Source of the DNA: Nitrospinota bacterium
GTDB taxonomy: Bacteria > UBA8248
Assembly (NCBI GenBank): GCA_030754595.1
Contig: JASLZZ010000136.1
Coordinates: 1-11,023 of the forward strand
DNA: 11,023 nucleotides
Direction: 5' to 3'
Shown: in pieces, positions 1 to 7,000 of the stretch
How the letters are laid out: every line of letters begins with the position of its first letter
Numbering within the stretch: the stretch's first letter is position 1
Notes under the pieces: model-generated
Told to the model about the DNA's origin: nothing
The model's input: the letters and a program-made list of their open reading frames with translations, nothing else
Database searches by the model: none
Made by a program: the position numbers and the translations under genes

Positions 1-166
1 GGGGTAGTTCGCTCCAGGGAGCCCCGGTCCACAGGATCCACAAGATACCCTCGAAGCACTTGCGGTTATCTGCCCAGGGGCGACCGCCCTTGGGATTAAT
101 CTTCCGGGGCGGGAGATGGGGCTGGATCAGCTTCCACTGCCAATCGGTGAGGCCACGCCATGCCAT
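1..166 (-). CDS. IS5-family transposase, N-terminal part (DUF4096-like; partial, 3' end outside window)
   Basis: Manual translation from ATG at 166: MAWRGLTDWQWKLIQPHLPPRKINPKGGRPWADNRKCFEGILWILWTGAPWSELP. This matches the LTDxQW..I.P.LP...GRP..D.R...GILWIL.TG.PW..LP signature. Shine-Dalgarno (SD) GGAGGAG at 180-174. Confidence 0.92.
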   Translation of the reverse strand, partial: MAWRGLTDWQWKLIQPHLPPRKINPKGGRPWADNRKCFEGILWILWTGAPWSELP

Positions 167-194
167 GGCTGCACTCCTCCCGGCGGAGAACCAC

Positions 195-223
195 AGCATA
201 CCAAGTCATTTTGAAGTTATGAA
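195..223 (-). promoter_or_regulatory. Putative sigma70 promoter of the transposase
   Basis: Minus strand TTCATA (223-218), 17-nt spacer, TATGCT (200-195), with an extended -10 TG (TGGTATGCT). Overlaps an inverted repeat at the IS end. Confidence 0.5.
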
Positions 224-230
224 ATGACTT
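203..230. repeat. 9-bp perfect inverted repeat at the IS end
   Basis: AAGTCATTT (203-211) and AAATGACTT (222-230), with a 10-nt spacer. Confidence 0.75.
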
Positions 231-231
231 C

Positions 232-513
232 TAGGGTCGCTGGGGCAATGGTAGCGTCGAGATTGGATCTCGCGCGCGTGATGGCGCGGTGGGTGGCGTT
301 GCCACCTCGGAAGAATTTCACCTCGACATCGAGGCCGTTTTTCTTGAAAATACCCTTGTCCAGGGCATAGAAGACCGGAAGGTGAACAACGATGGGGGAG
401 CGGACGGGCATCCCCACTACAAACTTGTCCGCCGCCCCGGCCGGATCCGGCCCCTGGACCGCGGCCATCCCCAGGAAAACAAGAAGTGTCAGGAAAACGT
501 ACGGAATTTTCAT
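232..513 (-). pseudogene. ABC transporter substrate-binding protein (NMT1/THI5/SsuA-like), 5' fragment interrupted by the IS
   Basis: ATG at 513 with GGGGGA SD; signal peptide MKIPYVFLTLLVFLGMAAV; family motif VFYALDKGIFKKNGLDVEVKFFRGG. Only about 94 codons of a roughly 330-aa family protein precede the IS. The frame reads EVIS* into the IS and stops at 217. Confidence 0.85.
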
Positions 514-705
514 CGGAATTTCCCCCGTTGGACAAGAAAAATCGACCGTGAAATCATAACTTTTTGCGCGCACTGGAGATTAAATTATTCTCGCTCTGTT
601 TATAATATAGGCACCTCTTTGTTATATACATACCTTATGGTTCGCTCCTTTCGGCGAGAAATGAAGCGGGGATTTTATTCATTATAAAACAAGAGGTTAT
701 TACTG

Positions 706-1083
706 ATGAGCTTACGTAATCCTGAGGTATTTTGTGTCGACTGCCCCGGCCGAAAAATTATGGCGCGCCTGCTGAGCAAGTGGACCGGCCTGGTCGTTCG
801 CTGCCTTTCTATGCGCACGATGCGCTATTCCGAGCTAAGAAGGACCATCGGCGGCATATCGCAGAAGATGCTGACCCAAACCCTGCACGAGCTCGAGGCG
901 GACGGGCTGGTCGAACGAAAGGTGCATCCCGTCGTCCCGCCGAAGGTAGAGTATTCGCTCACAGCCCTTGGGCTAACGCTCGTCGGCCCGCTCACCGAGC
1001 TGGGATACTGGGCCGAGACCCATGCCGCGGAAATCGAGGCGGCCAACCAACGCTACCAGGAGAAAACGAAGAAAACCGCCTGA
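706..1083 (+). CDS. HxlR-family winged helix-turn-helix transcriptional regulator
   Basis: DCP...LLSKWTGLVV, RYSELRRTIGGISQKMLTQTLHELEADGLVERK and PPKVEYSLTALG are typical HxlR motifs. SD GAGG upstream of the ATG. Confidence 0.93.
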   Translation: MSLRNPEVFCVDCPGRKIMARLLSKWTGLVVRCLSMRTMRYSELRRTIGGISQKMLTQTLHELEADGLVERKVHPVVPPKVEYSLTALGLTLVGPLTELGYWAETHAAEIEAANQRYQEKTKKTA

Positions 1084-1094
1084 CCGAAAGCGAT

Positions 1095-1487
1095 TTATTC
1101 GTCTCCAACAACCGCGATGGCTTGAATTTCCACCATCATCTCGGGTTTGGCGAACCCTGCAACCGTAATCAGGGCGCTGCCAGGGAAATTTTCGAGAAAA
1201 TATTCCTTGCGGAGATCGACGAACTGGTTTCCGTGGCGCACATCGAGGATAAAAACCGTCATCGTCACGATGTCGGTGAGTTTACCGCCGGCGCGGGCGA
1301 GCGTCTGGCCGATTTGCGCAAATGAAGCGTGCACCTGGGCATCGAAATCCCCCGCCAGCGAGTTTCCCTCCTCGTCCCGCCACATTCCCACCCCAGCGAG
1401 CCACACCATCTTCCCCGCTCGCGTAACGACCGCCGGTGAAAAAGACCGATCTTCCTGCCAGGTCCCCTTGAAATATTCTCGAGGCAT
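1095..1487 (-). CDS. RidA/YjgF/UK114 superfamily protein (non-Arg subgroup)
   Basis: FSPAVV, VWLAG, FDAQVHASFAQIGQTLARAGGKLTDIVTMTVF and MMVEIQAIAV. Start placed at ATG 1487 (1490 is the alternative) behind a GGGGGA SD, giving 130 aa, typical for the family. Confidence 0.88.
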   Translation of the reverse strand: MPREYFKGTWQEDRSFSPAVVTRAGKMVWLAGVGMWRDEEGNSLAGDFDAQVHASFAQIGQTLARAGGKLTDIVTMTVFILDVRHGNQFVDLRKEYFLENFPGSALITVAGFAKPEMMVEIQAIAVVGDE

Positions 1488-1521
1488 CATTATCCCCCAT
1501 TTCACGAGTTGCGTTGTGGAA

Positions 1522-2733
1522 TCATTTTTTTTCTGGCAGCCGGACCGCCACCAGCATCGCCGACCAGGTGACCACCCCATAGAAGAAAAAACTCACGTCC
1601 AGATTATAGCGCTCCGCCAGCCACCCTCCCGCCAGGGGAGCGATAAAATTCAGGCCACGCATGGTGTAAATCACGCCAACGGAGGAGGCAAGCACCTCGG
1701 GCTCGCAAAGGTCGGCCGTCGCCGTAAGGATGATGGGGCTCACGAAGCTGAACACCCCCGCCACCATCGAGATCAAAATCAGGGCGGTATCCCATTTCGC
1801 GAACGGGACGGCCACGGTCAGCGCCCCGGCCCCGAGAAGAGGCGCCATCAGCGCGGCCCGCGCGCCCCAACGGGAATACAAGTAGCCCATGAGCGGTTTC
1901 GAAACCGCCCCGGCCGCGAAGTATAGAGAAACGGCCAATCCGATGGCCGCCGTATCCATCCCCAGTTTTTTCGAGGCAATTAAGGGCAGGAACCCAATCA
2001 TCCCCTTGTATCCGATTCCCTGAAGCATGTAGGTCAGCGCAAGAAGAATGACATTTCTGTTCCGGAAGACGCGGACCAGCATCGACCGAACACCCTCCTC
2101 CTTGTGCGGTGCGGCTGCCCCGGCCGATTTCCCGTGAAAACGAACCCCCACCATCGGCAGCAGGGCCAGCGCGGGAACCGCGCAGGCGGCAACGGCAATT
2201 CTCCAGTTCGCCACGGCGGCGATGGCCGCCTGAAGAAGCGGCATGAGACTCGTCCCGATATTGCCGCCGAGTCCGTGATAGGAGATGGCGAACGAGCGGT
2301 GCGTCGAAAATCGCTCGGCGGCGAGTGCCGTGCCGCAGGGGTGGTAGGTGGAGTTTCCCGCTCCGGCCAGGAAAGAGAGCACGAGCAGAGAGGCGAAGCT
2401 ATGCATCCAGCCCATCATGACAAACGACACGGCGGACAGGCCCAACCCGGCGATGACTATCGCCTTTTTGCGGCCCGTGTAATCGGCCAGAATGGAGAGA
2501 GGATATAAAAACAGAAATGTCGCCAGGCTGAACGTGCTGAGCAACGTTCCGGCTTCGACGGTCGAGAGACCCAGGTCGGCCACGATAAGCGCCAGGACCG
2601 GAACGAGCATGTTCGAGAAGCCGTCGCTCAGTCCATGGGCCGAACCGATCAGGGTCAGATCGAAATAATCTCGCCGCCCCCAGGGAGCGGGCCCCCGCGG
2701 GGCGGAAGGAATCTCGCCTCTGCCCGCCGTCAT
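1522..2733 (-). CDS. Major facilitator superfamily transporter (Fsr-like)
   Basis: About 12 hydrophobic segments; motif A-like LADYTGRK and LYSRWGAR; GAGNSTYHP; GWLAERY. Start placed at ATG 2733, overlapping the upstream stop (ATGA). Confidence 0.9.
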   Translation of the reverse strand: MTAGRGEIPSAPRGPAPWGRRDYFDLTLIGSAHGLSDGFSNMLVPVLALIVADLGLSTVEAGTLLSTFSLATFLFLYPLSILADYTGRKKAIVIAGLGLSAVSFVMMGWMHSFASLLVLSFLAGAGNSTYHPCGTALAAERFSTHRSFAISYHGLGGNIGTSLMPLLQAAIAAVANWRIAVAACAVPALALLPMVGVRFHGKSAGAAAPHKEEGVRSMLVRVFRNRNVILLALTYMLQGIGYKGMIGFLPLIASKKLGMDTAAIGLAVSLYFAAGAVSKPLMGYLYSRWGARAALMAPLLGAGALTVAVPFAKWDTALILISMVAGVFSFVSPIILTATADLCEPEVLASSVGVIYTMRGLNFIAPLAGGWLAERYNLDVSFFFYGVVTWSAMLVAVRLPEKK

Positions 2734-3737
2734 CCCAAGTCGCGCCAGGCCGGGAGAAGACCGAAACCGTCCGCCTCGACGACGGCGCGGCATATGGCGC
2801 GGGCGAGAGCCACCTGGGCCGCCGCGCCGACCACATCGAGGGATTCTTTTTTATCCCCGCGCGATACGGCGAATACGACATCCCCGTCCACAGTGGTGTA
2901 GGAGGGCCGCACGGTTTTGATCAGACCGTTCGCCGCCATTTGCGAGAGCTTCTGGGTTTCGGGTTTCGTCAGTTGAACGTCGGTCGCGACAACACCGAGC
3001 GTGGTGTTCTCCCCCGGGTCGGAAAACCCCTCGTGGAGGCGGCCCCGGGTGCGGAGGTAGTGAGTCGTATCGACGATACCTCCCTCGGGCGCCTCGCCGC
3101 GCGGACCGGCGAGCGCAATGCCGGTACCGGGATCGTGCACTCCGCCATAGGCATTCACCGCCGCCACGGAGCCCACGACACCGCCTCTGGGCAGTTGCAC
3201 GCTGGCCGTCCCGAACCCGCCTTTCATCGCCCGCTCCCGGCCCAGGAGTTTGCCCACCGTAGCGCCTGTGCCCGCGCCGACGCTTCCCTGGGGGCCTTCC
3301 CGGTCCACAGCGGCTTCGCAGGCGGCGCGGCCCATGCCAGCATCGGGCCGAACATCCCCCCCTCCCGAAGCGAGATCGAACAAGACCGCGGCGGCCACTG
3401 TCGGCACCCTGTAGCCGGCCGCCGGAAATCCCCTGCCCTGCTCCTCGAGATAACGCATCACACCGTCCGCCGAGGCAAGGCCAAAAGCGCTTCCCCCCGT
3501 CAGGACGACGGCATCCAGGTTCCCGACCAGGTGCTCGGGGCGGAGAGCGTCGAGCCCCCGGGTGGCGGTCGCCGTCCCCCGAAGCTCGCAGGCGCCCACT
3601 GCGCCGGGAGGGCATATCACCACGCTGAGGCCGGTCAGAGCCTCCCGGTTCTGGGCGTGGCCCAGCAAAAATCCGGGAACGTCGGTGATGCAGCCGGACA
3701 GGTCGGGCGGCCTGTCCCGGTGAGAGGCCTCTTCCAT
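2730..3737 (-). CDS. Peptidase family S58 / P1 (DmpA/ArgJ-like self-cleaving Ntn-type hydrolase)
   Basis: ITDVPGFLLGH, LTGGSAFGLASADGVM, AAVLFDL, GSVGAGTGATVGK, KGGFG, AVNAYG, ENTTLGVVATD (autocleavage site) and DGDVVFAVS. ATG 3737 overlaps the upstream stop (TGATG). Confidence 0.92.
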   Translation of the reverse strand: MEEASHRDRPPDLSGCITDVPGFLLGHAQNREALTGLSVVICPPGAVGACELRGTATATRGLDALRPEHLVGNLDAVVLTGGSAFGLASADGVMRYLEEQGRGFPAAGYRVPTVAAAVLFDLASGGGDVRPDAGMGRAACEAAVDREGPQGSVGAGTGATVGKLLGRERAMKGGFGTASVQLPRGGVVGSVAAVNAYGGVHDPGTGIALAGPRGEAPEGGIVDTTHYLRTRGRLHEGFSDPGENTTLGVVATDVQLTKPETQKLSQMAANGLIKTVRPSYTTVDGDVVFAVSRGDKKESLDVVGAAAQVALARAICRAVVEADGFGLLPAWRDLG

Positions 3738-4390
3738 CAAAACTGAGGCAGCCCCTGAGAAGCCTGCGTGGGCAACTCGCCGTTTTCGAGAATATGATTA
3801 ATCACGAAGCGGTAATTCTCCCTCGGAACGGCGCCGACGAGCATGGCCTCATCGTTCACGACCACGGTGGGAATTCCCGTCACACCCCGATTGATCGCCT
3901 CGGTGTACTCCCTGACCGCCTGGTCGCGGTGGAACTCGCTCGCCACCTCGTCGCGGAACAGGTCCACGTCGAGATCGCTCTTTTCGGCTACGTCGGAAAG
4001 AACCTCGAGCTGAGTAATATCCCGGCTATTGGTGAAAATAGCCGCCAGGAGGTTCATGTGAAAGGCATCCCACATTTCGGGCCCCTGGGCGCGGGCGGCC
4101 AAACCCGCCTGAGCCGAAGGCATCGAGCAGATGGGGTAGTCCCCGCCGCCTTCCCACATACGGTAGTCGCCCGATTCGGGCTGGTCGTTGCACCGCTCCC
4201 AATTGCTCCGGCGGTAGTCGTTAAATACGGCTGTGGGGTCGGGCTCGGAACGGAGCATGAATACCCGAGGCTCGAGAATCACCTTGTCCCCGTATTCTTC
4301 CTTGATCATCTTCAGGCGCACGGCCGAGTTAAAACACCAGGGTCACAAAAAATCGCTATAGACAGTCAGCTTTACGGAATCCTGCTCCAT
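3737..4390 (-). CDS. DsbA/FrnE-like thioredoxin-fold oxidoreductase, probable selenoprotein (UPWC; Sec at TGA 4345-4343)
   Basis: Extending the 3737..4321 ORF upstream through one in-frame TGA gives MEQDSVKLTVYSDFL-U-PWCFNSAVRL. SD AGGGGTG precedes ATG ATG (4393/4390). C-terminal cis-Pro loop GVTGIPTVVVN and GAVP. 217 aa. Confidence 0.88.
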
Positions 4391-4400
4391 CATCGCACCC

Positions 4401-5294
4401 CTATGATCTGTTGAGTTGAAATCTCACTTTCACCGGCGTCCCCCGGCCCGCGCCGAGCTCGTCCGCCGCCCTGCCCTCGGGAAGAAAAATTTCAAGCCGG
4501 GACCAGCTGTTGAAATGTGCGCCGCACAGCCCCTTTTCCGCTTCCCGATAAAACTCGCTGAGCCCCCGGATGGTCATCCCCGCGATTTCGATGGTTGGGG
4601 TCAGCGTCCCCTCGTCCTCCCCCGCGAGGCTCTCGCCGTCCCAGAACGCCCCGGTATCGATATTCGTAATCAAATTACAGAAACGATCGACATATACCAC
4701 TTCGCCGTCGATGCCGCCTCCCGGCCGCACCTGGCAATCGGATATCTCCAGCTTCACCGGGTCATCGATTACGGGACCGAAATCCTCGGGGTCCTCCCCA
4801 ATCGATAGATAGCCCGCCACCGGGGCGAAAACATCCCTCCCGTGAAAGGTTGAGCTGATTTTCTCCAGGAAAAAATCAACCGCGCGCAAATCCCTCACCC
4901 AAAGATAAGCGGGGTCTTCGTAGATATGGGAGAAAATTCCGTTGTCCGGCCCCACGAAGAGATAGTTTTCGGTGGCCACCAGGATGCCCCGGCGATCTCC
5001 GCCAACGCCGGGGTCCACCACCGCCACATGAATCGTCCCCTTAGGAAAGTAGTGATACGCCATTGCGAGGACATCGGCGCCGACCTCGATGTTGTAGGGA
5101 TCGATTGCGTGCGAAATATCCACAATCTGGACTTCGGGGTTCACCCCGAATATGACGCCCTTCATCACCGCGACGGAATTGTCGTCGGTGCCGAAATCCG
5201 AAAGAAGCGTGATAACGCGGCGAGAGGATTCCTGCTCGTCGAGTTCCCGCCCCCCTTCGCCGTAGGGGTCCGGACGCGATTGCGCGTCGCTCAT
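4401..5294 (-). CDS. SAM hydroxide adenosyltransferase (DUF62/COG1912; fluorinase/chlorinase superfamily)
   Basis: ITLLSDFG, VAVMKGVI, IVDISHAI, FPKGTIHVAVVDPGVGGDRR, FVGPDNG and SSTFHGRDVFAPVA. ATG overlaps the mtaB stop (ATGA). Confidence 0.93.
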   Translation of the reverse strand: MSDAQSRPDPYGEGGRELDEQESSRRVITLLSDFGTDDNSVAVMKGVIFGVNPEVQIVDISHAIDPYNIEVGADVLAMAYHYFPKGTIHVAVVDPGVGGDRRGILVATENYLFVGPDNGIFSHIYEDPAYLWVRDLRAVDFFLEKISSTFHGRDVFAPVAGYLSIGEDPEDFGPVIDDPVKLEISDCQVRPGGGIDGEVVYVDRFCNLITNIDTGAFWDGESLAGEDEGTLTPTIEIAGMTIRGLSEFYREAEKGLCGAHFNSWSRLEIFLPEGRAADELGAGRGTPVKVRFQLNRS

Positions 5295-6688
5295 GTCACC
5301 GCCATACCCGAAATGGCCTCTTCCCGGCCGGCGGCCGGGCCCAGGTCCCCACCCTCACCGCCGGGTGATAGGCGCATGGGCACGATCTCTCCAATCCACT
5401 CCTCGGGCCCCTCGGCCGCCACACGCACGTAATTGTCCGTCAGGCCGGTGAGGAGACCGTCCTTCCGCCGTCCCTCGATAAGCACCTCGGCTTCGGCCCC
5501 GGCCTGCGAGGCCAAGAACGCGGTCCACTTTCGCCGGCCAAGCTCTCTGAGAGCGCGAACCCGGCGGCGCGATTCCACTCCGTGCAAACGGCCCGGCATC
5601 TCCGCGGCGGGGGTATTCTCACGCGGAGAGTACGGAAAGACGTGAAGGTAGGCGATGGGAGACTCCCGGACCCACGCCATCGTCCGCTCGAAGGCCTCCG
5701 CGCTCTCGCCCGGAAATCCCGCGATGAAATCGCCCCCGAGACACACTCCCGGAATCGCCCTCGCCAGTTCGGCGAACCGCCGGGCGCACCGCTCGGCCGT
5801 ATAGTTCCGGCCCATCGCCCGGAGAATCCCGTCGTCCCCGCTCTGAACCGGGATGTGAAAGTGGCGGCATGTATAGGTCCCCTTTTTTCTCCTTCCGTAC
5901 GCGTTCTCGGCGCTGACGCGCACGAGTTCGCGCGTCACCTCCCCCGGCTCCACGGAGGAAAGACGCACCCGCCGCAACCCTCCTTCCTCAACCAATCGGT
6001 CAAGGAGGCAGCTCAGAGTATCCCTTGGCTTCAAATCCCGGCCATAGGCGCCCAGATGAACGCCGGTGAGAACGATTTCCCGGTGGCCCCCCTCGGCCAG
6101 CCGCCGGGCGTGCCAGAGGCAATCATCCGCCGCGAGGGAGCGGCTAGGCCCGCGCGCGAGGGTCGTCGCGCAGAAAGAACACGAGAAATTACACCCATCC
6201 TGGACCTTGAGATAGGCCCTTGTCCGGCCTTCAAAATGTTCGAGAGGAACAGCGTCCAGCCGGTCTCGGCGGTCGATGGCGGCGGCGCGAACCTCGGCGG
6301 AAGCCCCTCCCTCCCGCCGCGCGGCGCTGGCTAGATGCTCTGACAGGCGCATCTTCTCGGCATTGCCCAAAAGGAGGTCCGCCTCCGGAATGAGCATCCC
6401 CCTGGGGTTAGCCTGGACCGAGCAGCCGGCAAGGACGATTTTCGCCCCCTCCGGCGCCCGGCGTCTCGCCTGCCGGGCAAGCCGTCTGCCCTCCCGATCG
6501 GCCTCGGATGTCACCGTACAGGTGTTAATGACATAAACATCCGCCTCGGCCTCGAAAGGAACAATCTCGCAGCCGCTCTCGCCGCACAAATGGCAAATCC
6601 CCTCGCCCTCAGCCTGATTGAGTTTACAGCCCAGACTGAAAACAGCGATTCGCCGGCGGGGAAATTTCAACCGATTCGATTCATGCAA
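5291..6688 (-). CDS. mtaB: tRNA t6A37 methylthiotransferase MtaB (radical SAM)
   Basis: LGCKLNQAE, INTCTVT, LAGC, RTRAYLKVQDGCNFSCSFC (CX3CX2C), IVLTGVHLGAYG, HFHIPVQSG, IAGFPGES, LHVFPYSPRENT and GLTDNYVRV. Start placed at TTG 6688 behind a GAGGG SD; the start is uncertain (TTG 6670 is an alternative). Confidence 0.92.
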   Translation of the reverse strand: MHESNRLKFPRRRIAVFSLGCKLNQAEGEGICHLCGESGCEIVPFEAEADVYVINTCTVTSEADREGRRLARQARRRAPEGAKIVLAGCSVQANPRGMLIPEADLLLGNAEKMRLSEHLASAARREGGASAEVRAAAIDRRDRLDAVPLEHFEGRTRAYLKVQDGCNFSCSFCATTLARGPSRSLAADDCLWHARRLAEGGHREIVLTGVHLGAYGRDLKPRDTLSCLLDRLVEEGGLRRVRLSSVEPGEVTRELVRVSAENAYGRRKKGTYTCRHFHIPVQSGDDGILRAMGRNYTAERCARRFAELARAIPGVCLGGDFIAGFPGESAEAFERTMAWVRESPIAYLHVFPYSPRENTPAAEMPGRLHGVESRRRVRALRELGRRKWTAFLASQAGAEAEVLIEGRRKDGLLTGLTDNYVRVAAEGPEEWIGEIVPMRLSPGGEGGDLGPAAGREEAISGMAVT

Positions 6689-6784
6689 GAGAAACCCTCG
6701 AGATAGCCCACGGGACGCGTCCAAGTGATTGACATTCAAGCAAATTCTAAGACGCTCTCTTCCGGCCCGCAAGGGTCCGATCAC

Positions 6785-6814
6785 TTGACGCAAGACGGGG
6801 GGAACTGATAGGTT
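6785..6814 (+). promoter_or_regulatory. Putative sigma70 promoter for the cox-like cluster
   Basis: TTGACG (6785-6790), 18-nt spacer, TAGGTT (6809-6814) with extended -10 TG, in the divergent intergenic region. Confidence 0.45.
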
Positions 6815-7000
6815 AGCCGCGCAATTTCCAAAGTGGTGAGGTCCATCAAATAAGTTTTTCAGCATTGATTTTCATGGGGTTTTCAGGCGTTTTGTCGGGT
6901 TGCCTGCTCCTTTAATTTCCGGGCGGGTCGGGCCACAATGAATATCGTTTGAATGTCCGCTACCGATTCGAGCAGACATTCCGAAAGGCGGGGGTGAACA

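Larger units (their letters stand above)
1..231 (-). mobile_element. IS5-family insertion sequence, left end (runs off the window)
   Basis: Transposase N-terminus at 166..<1. The host ORF is truncated next to CTAG (231-234), the typical CTAG/TA target of IS5-family elements. The inferred end reads GAAGTCATTTCATAAC on the minus strand. Exact boundary is +/-2 nt because the other end is not visible. Confidence 0.85.

Noticed and set aside
439..452. 14-bp palindrome GGCCGGATCCGGCC
   Set aside because: Single copy, GC-rich and inside coding sequence; plausibly chance.
608..623. Sigma54-like TAGGCACCTCTTTGTT
   Set aside because: GG-to-GC spacing is wrong and the -12 GC is absent.
3737..4321. GTG start at 4321, or a pseudogene call, for the DsbA-like gene
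   Set aside because: That start drops the active site. The upstream in-frame segment has an SD, ATG and the family motif, with TGA exactly at the catalytic Cys.
4401..5294. Fluorinase/chlorinase (halogenase) call
   Set aside because: The Asp/Arg (VVDPGVGGDRR) and His (TFHGRD) residues characteristic of DUF62 SAM hydrolases are present, and there is no halometabolite gene cluster context.
6763..6779. GNRA-capped hairpin CGGCCC-GCAA-GGGTCCG as an ncRNA or terminator
   Set aside because: Isolated short hairpin with no U-tract and no recognisable RNA family around it.
6689..6865. N-terminal extension of MtaB in the ORF track
   Set aside because: It has no family resemblance and overlaps the divergent promoter region; a TTG with SD at 6688 fits the usual MtaB length.
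6856..6885. Three TTTTCA direct repeats as an operator
   Set aside because: Short, unevenly spaced (13 and 11 nt) and in AT-rich intergenic DNA; insufficient support.
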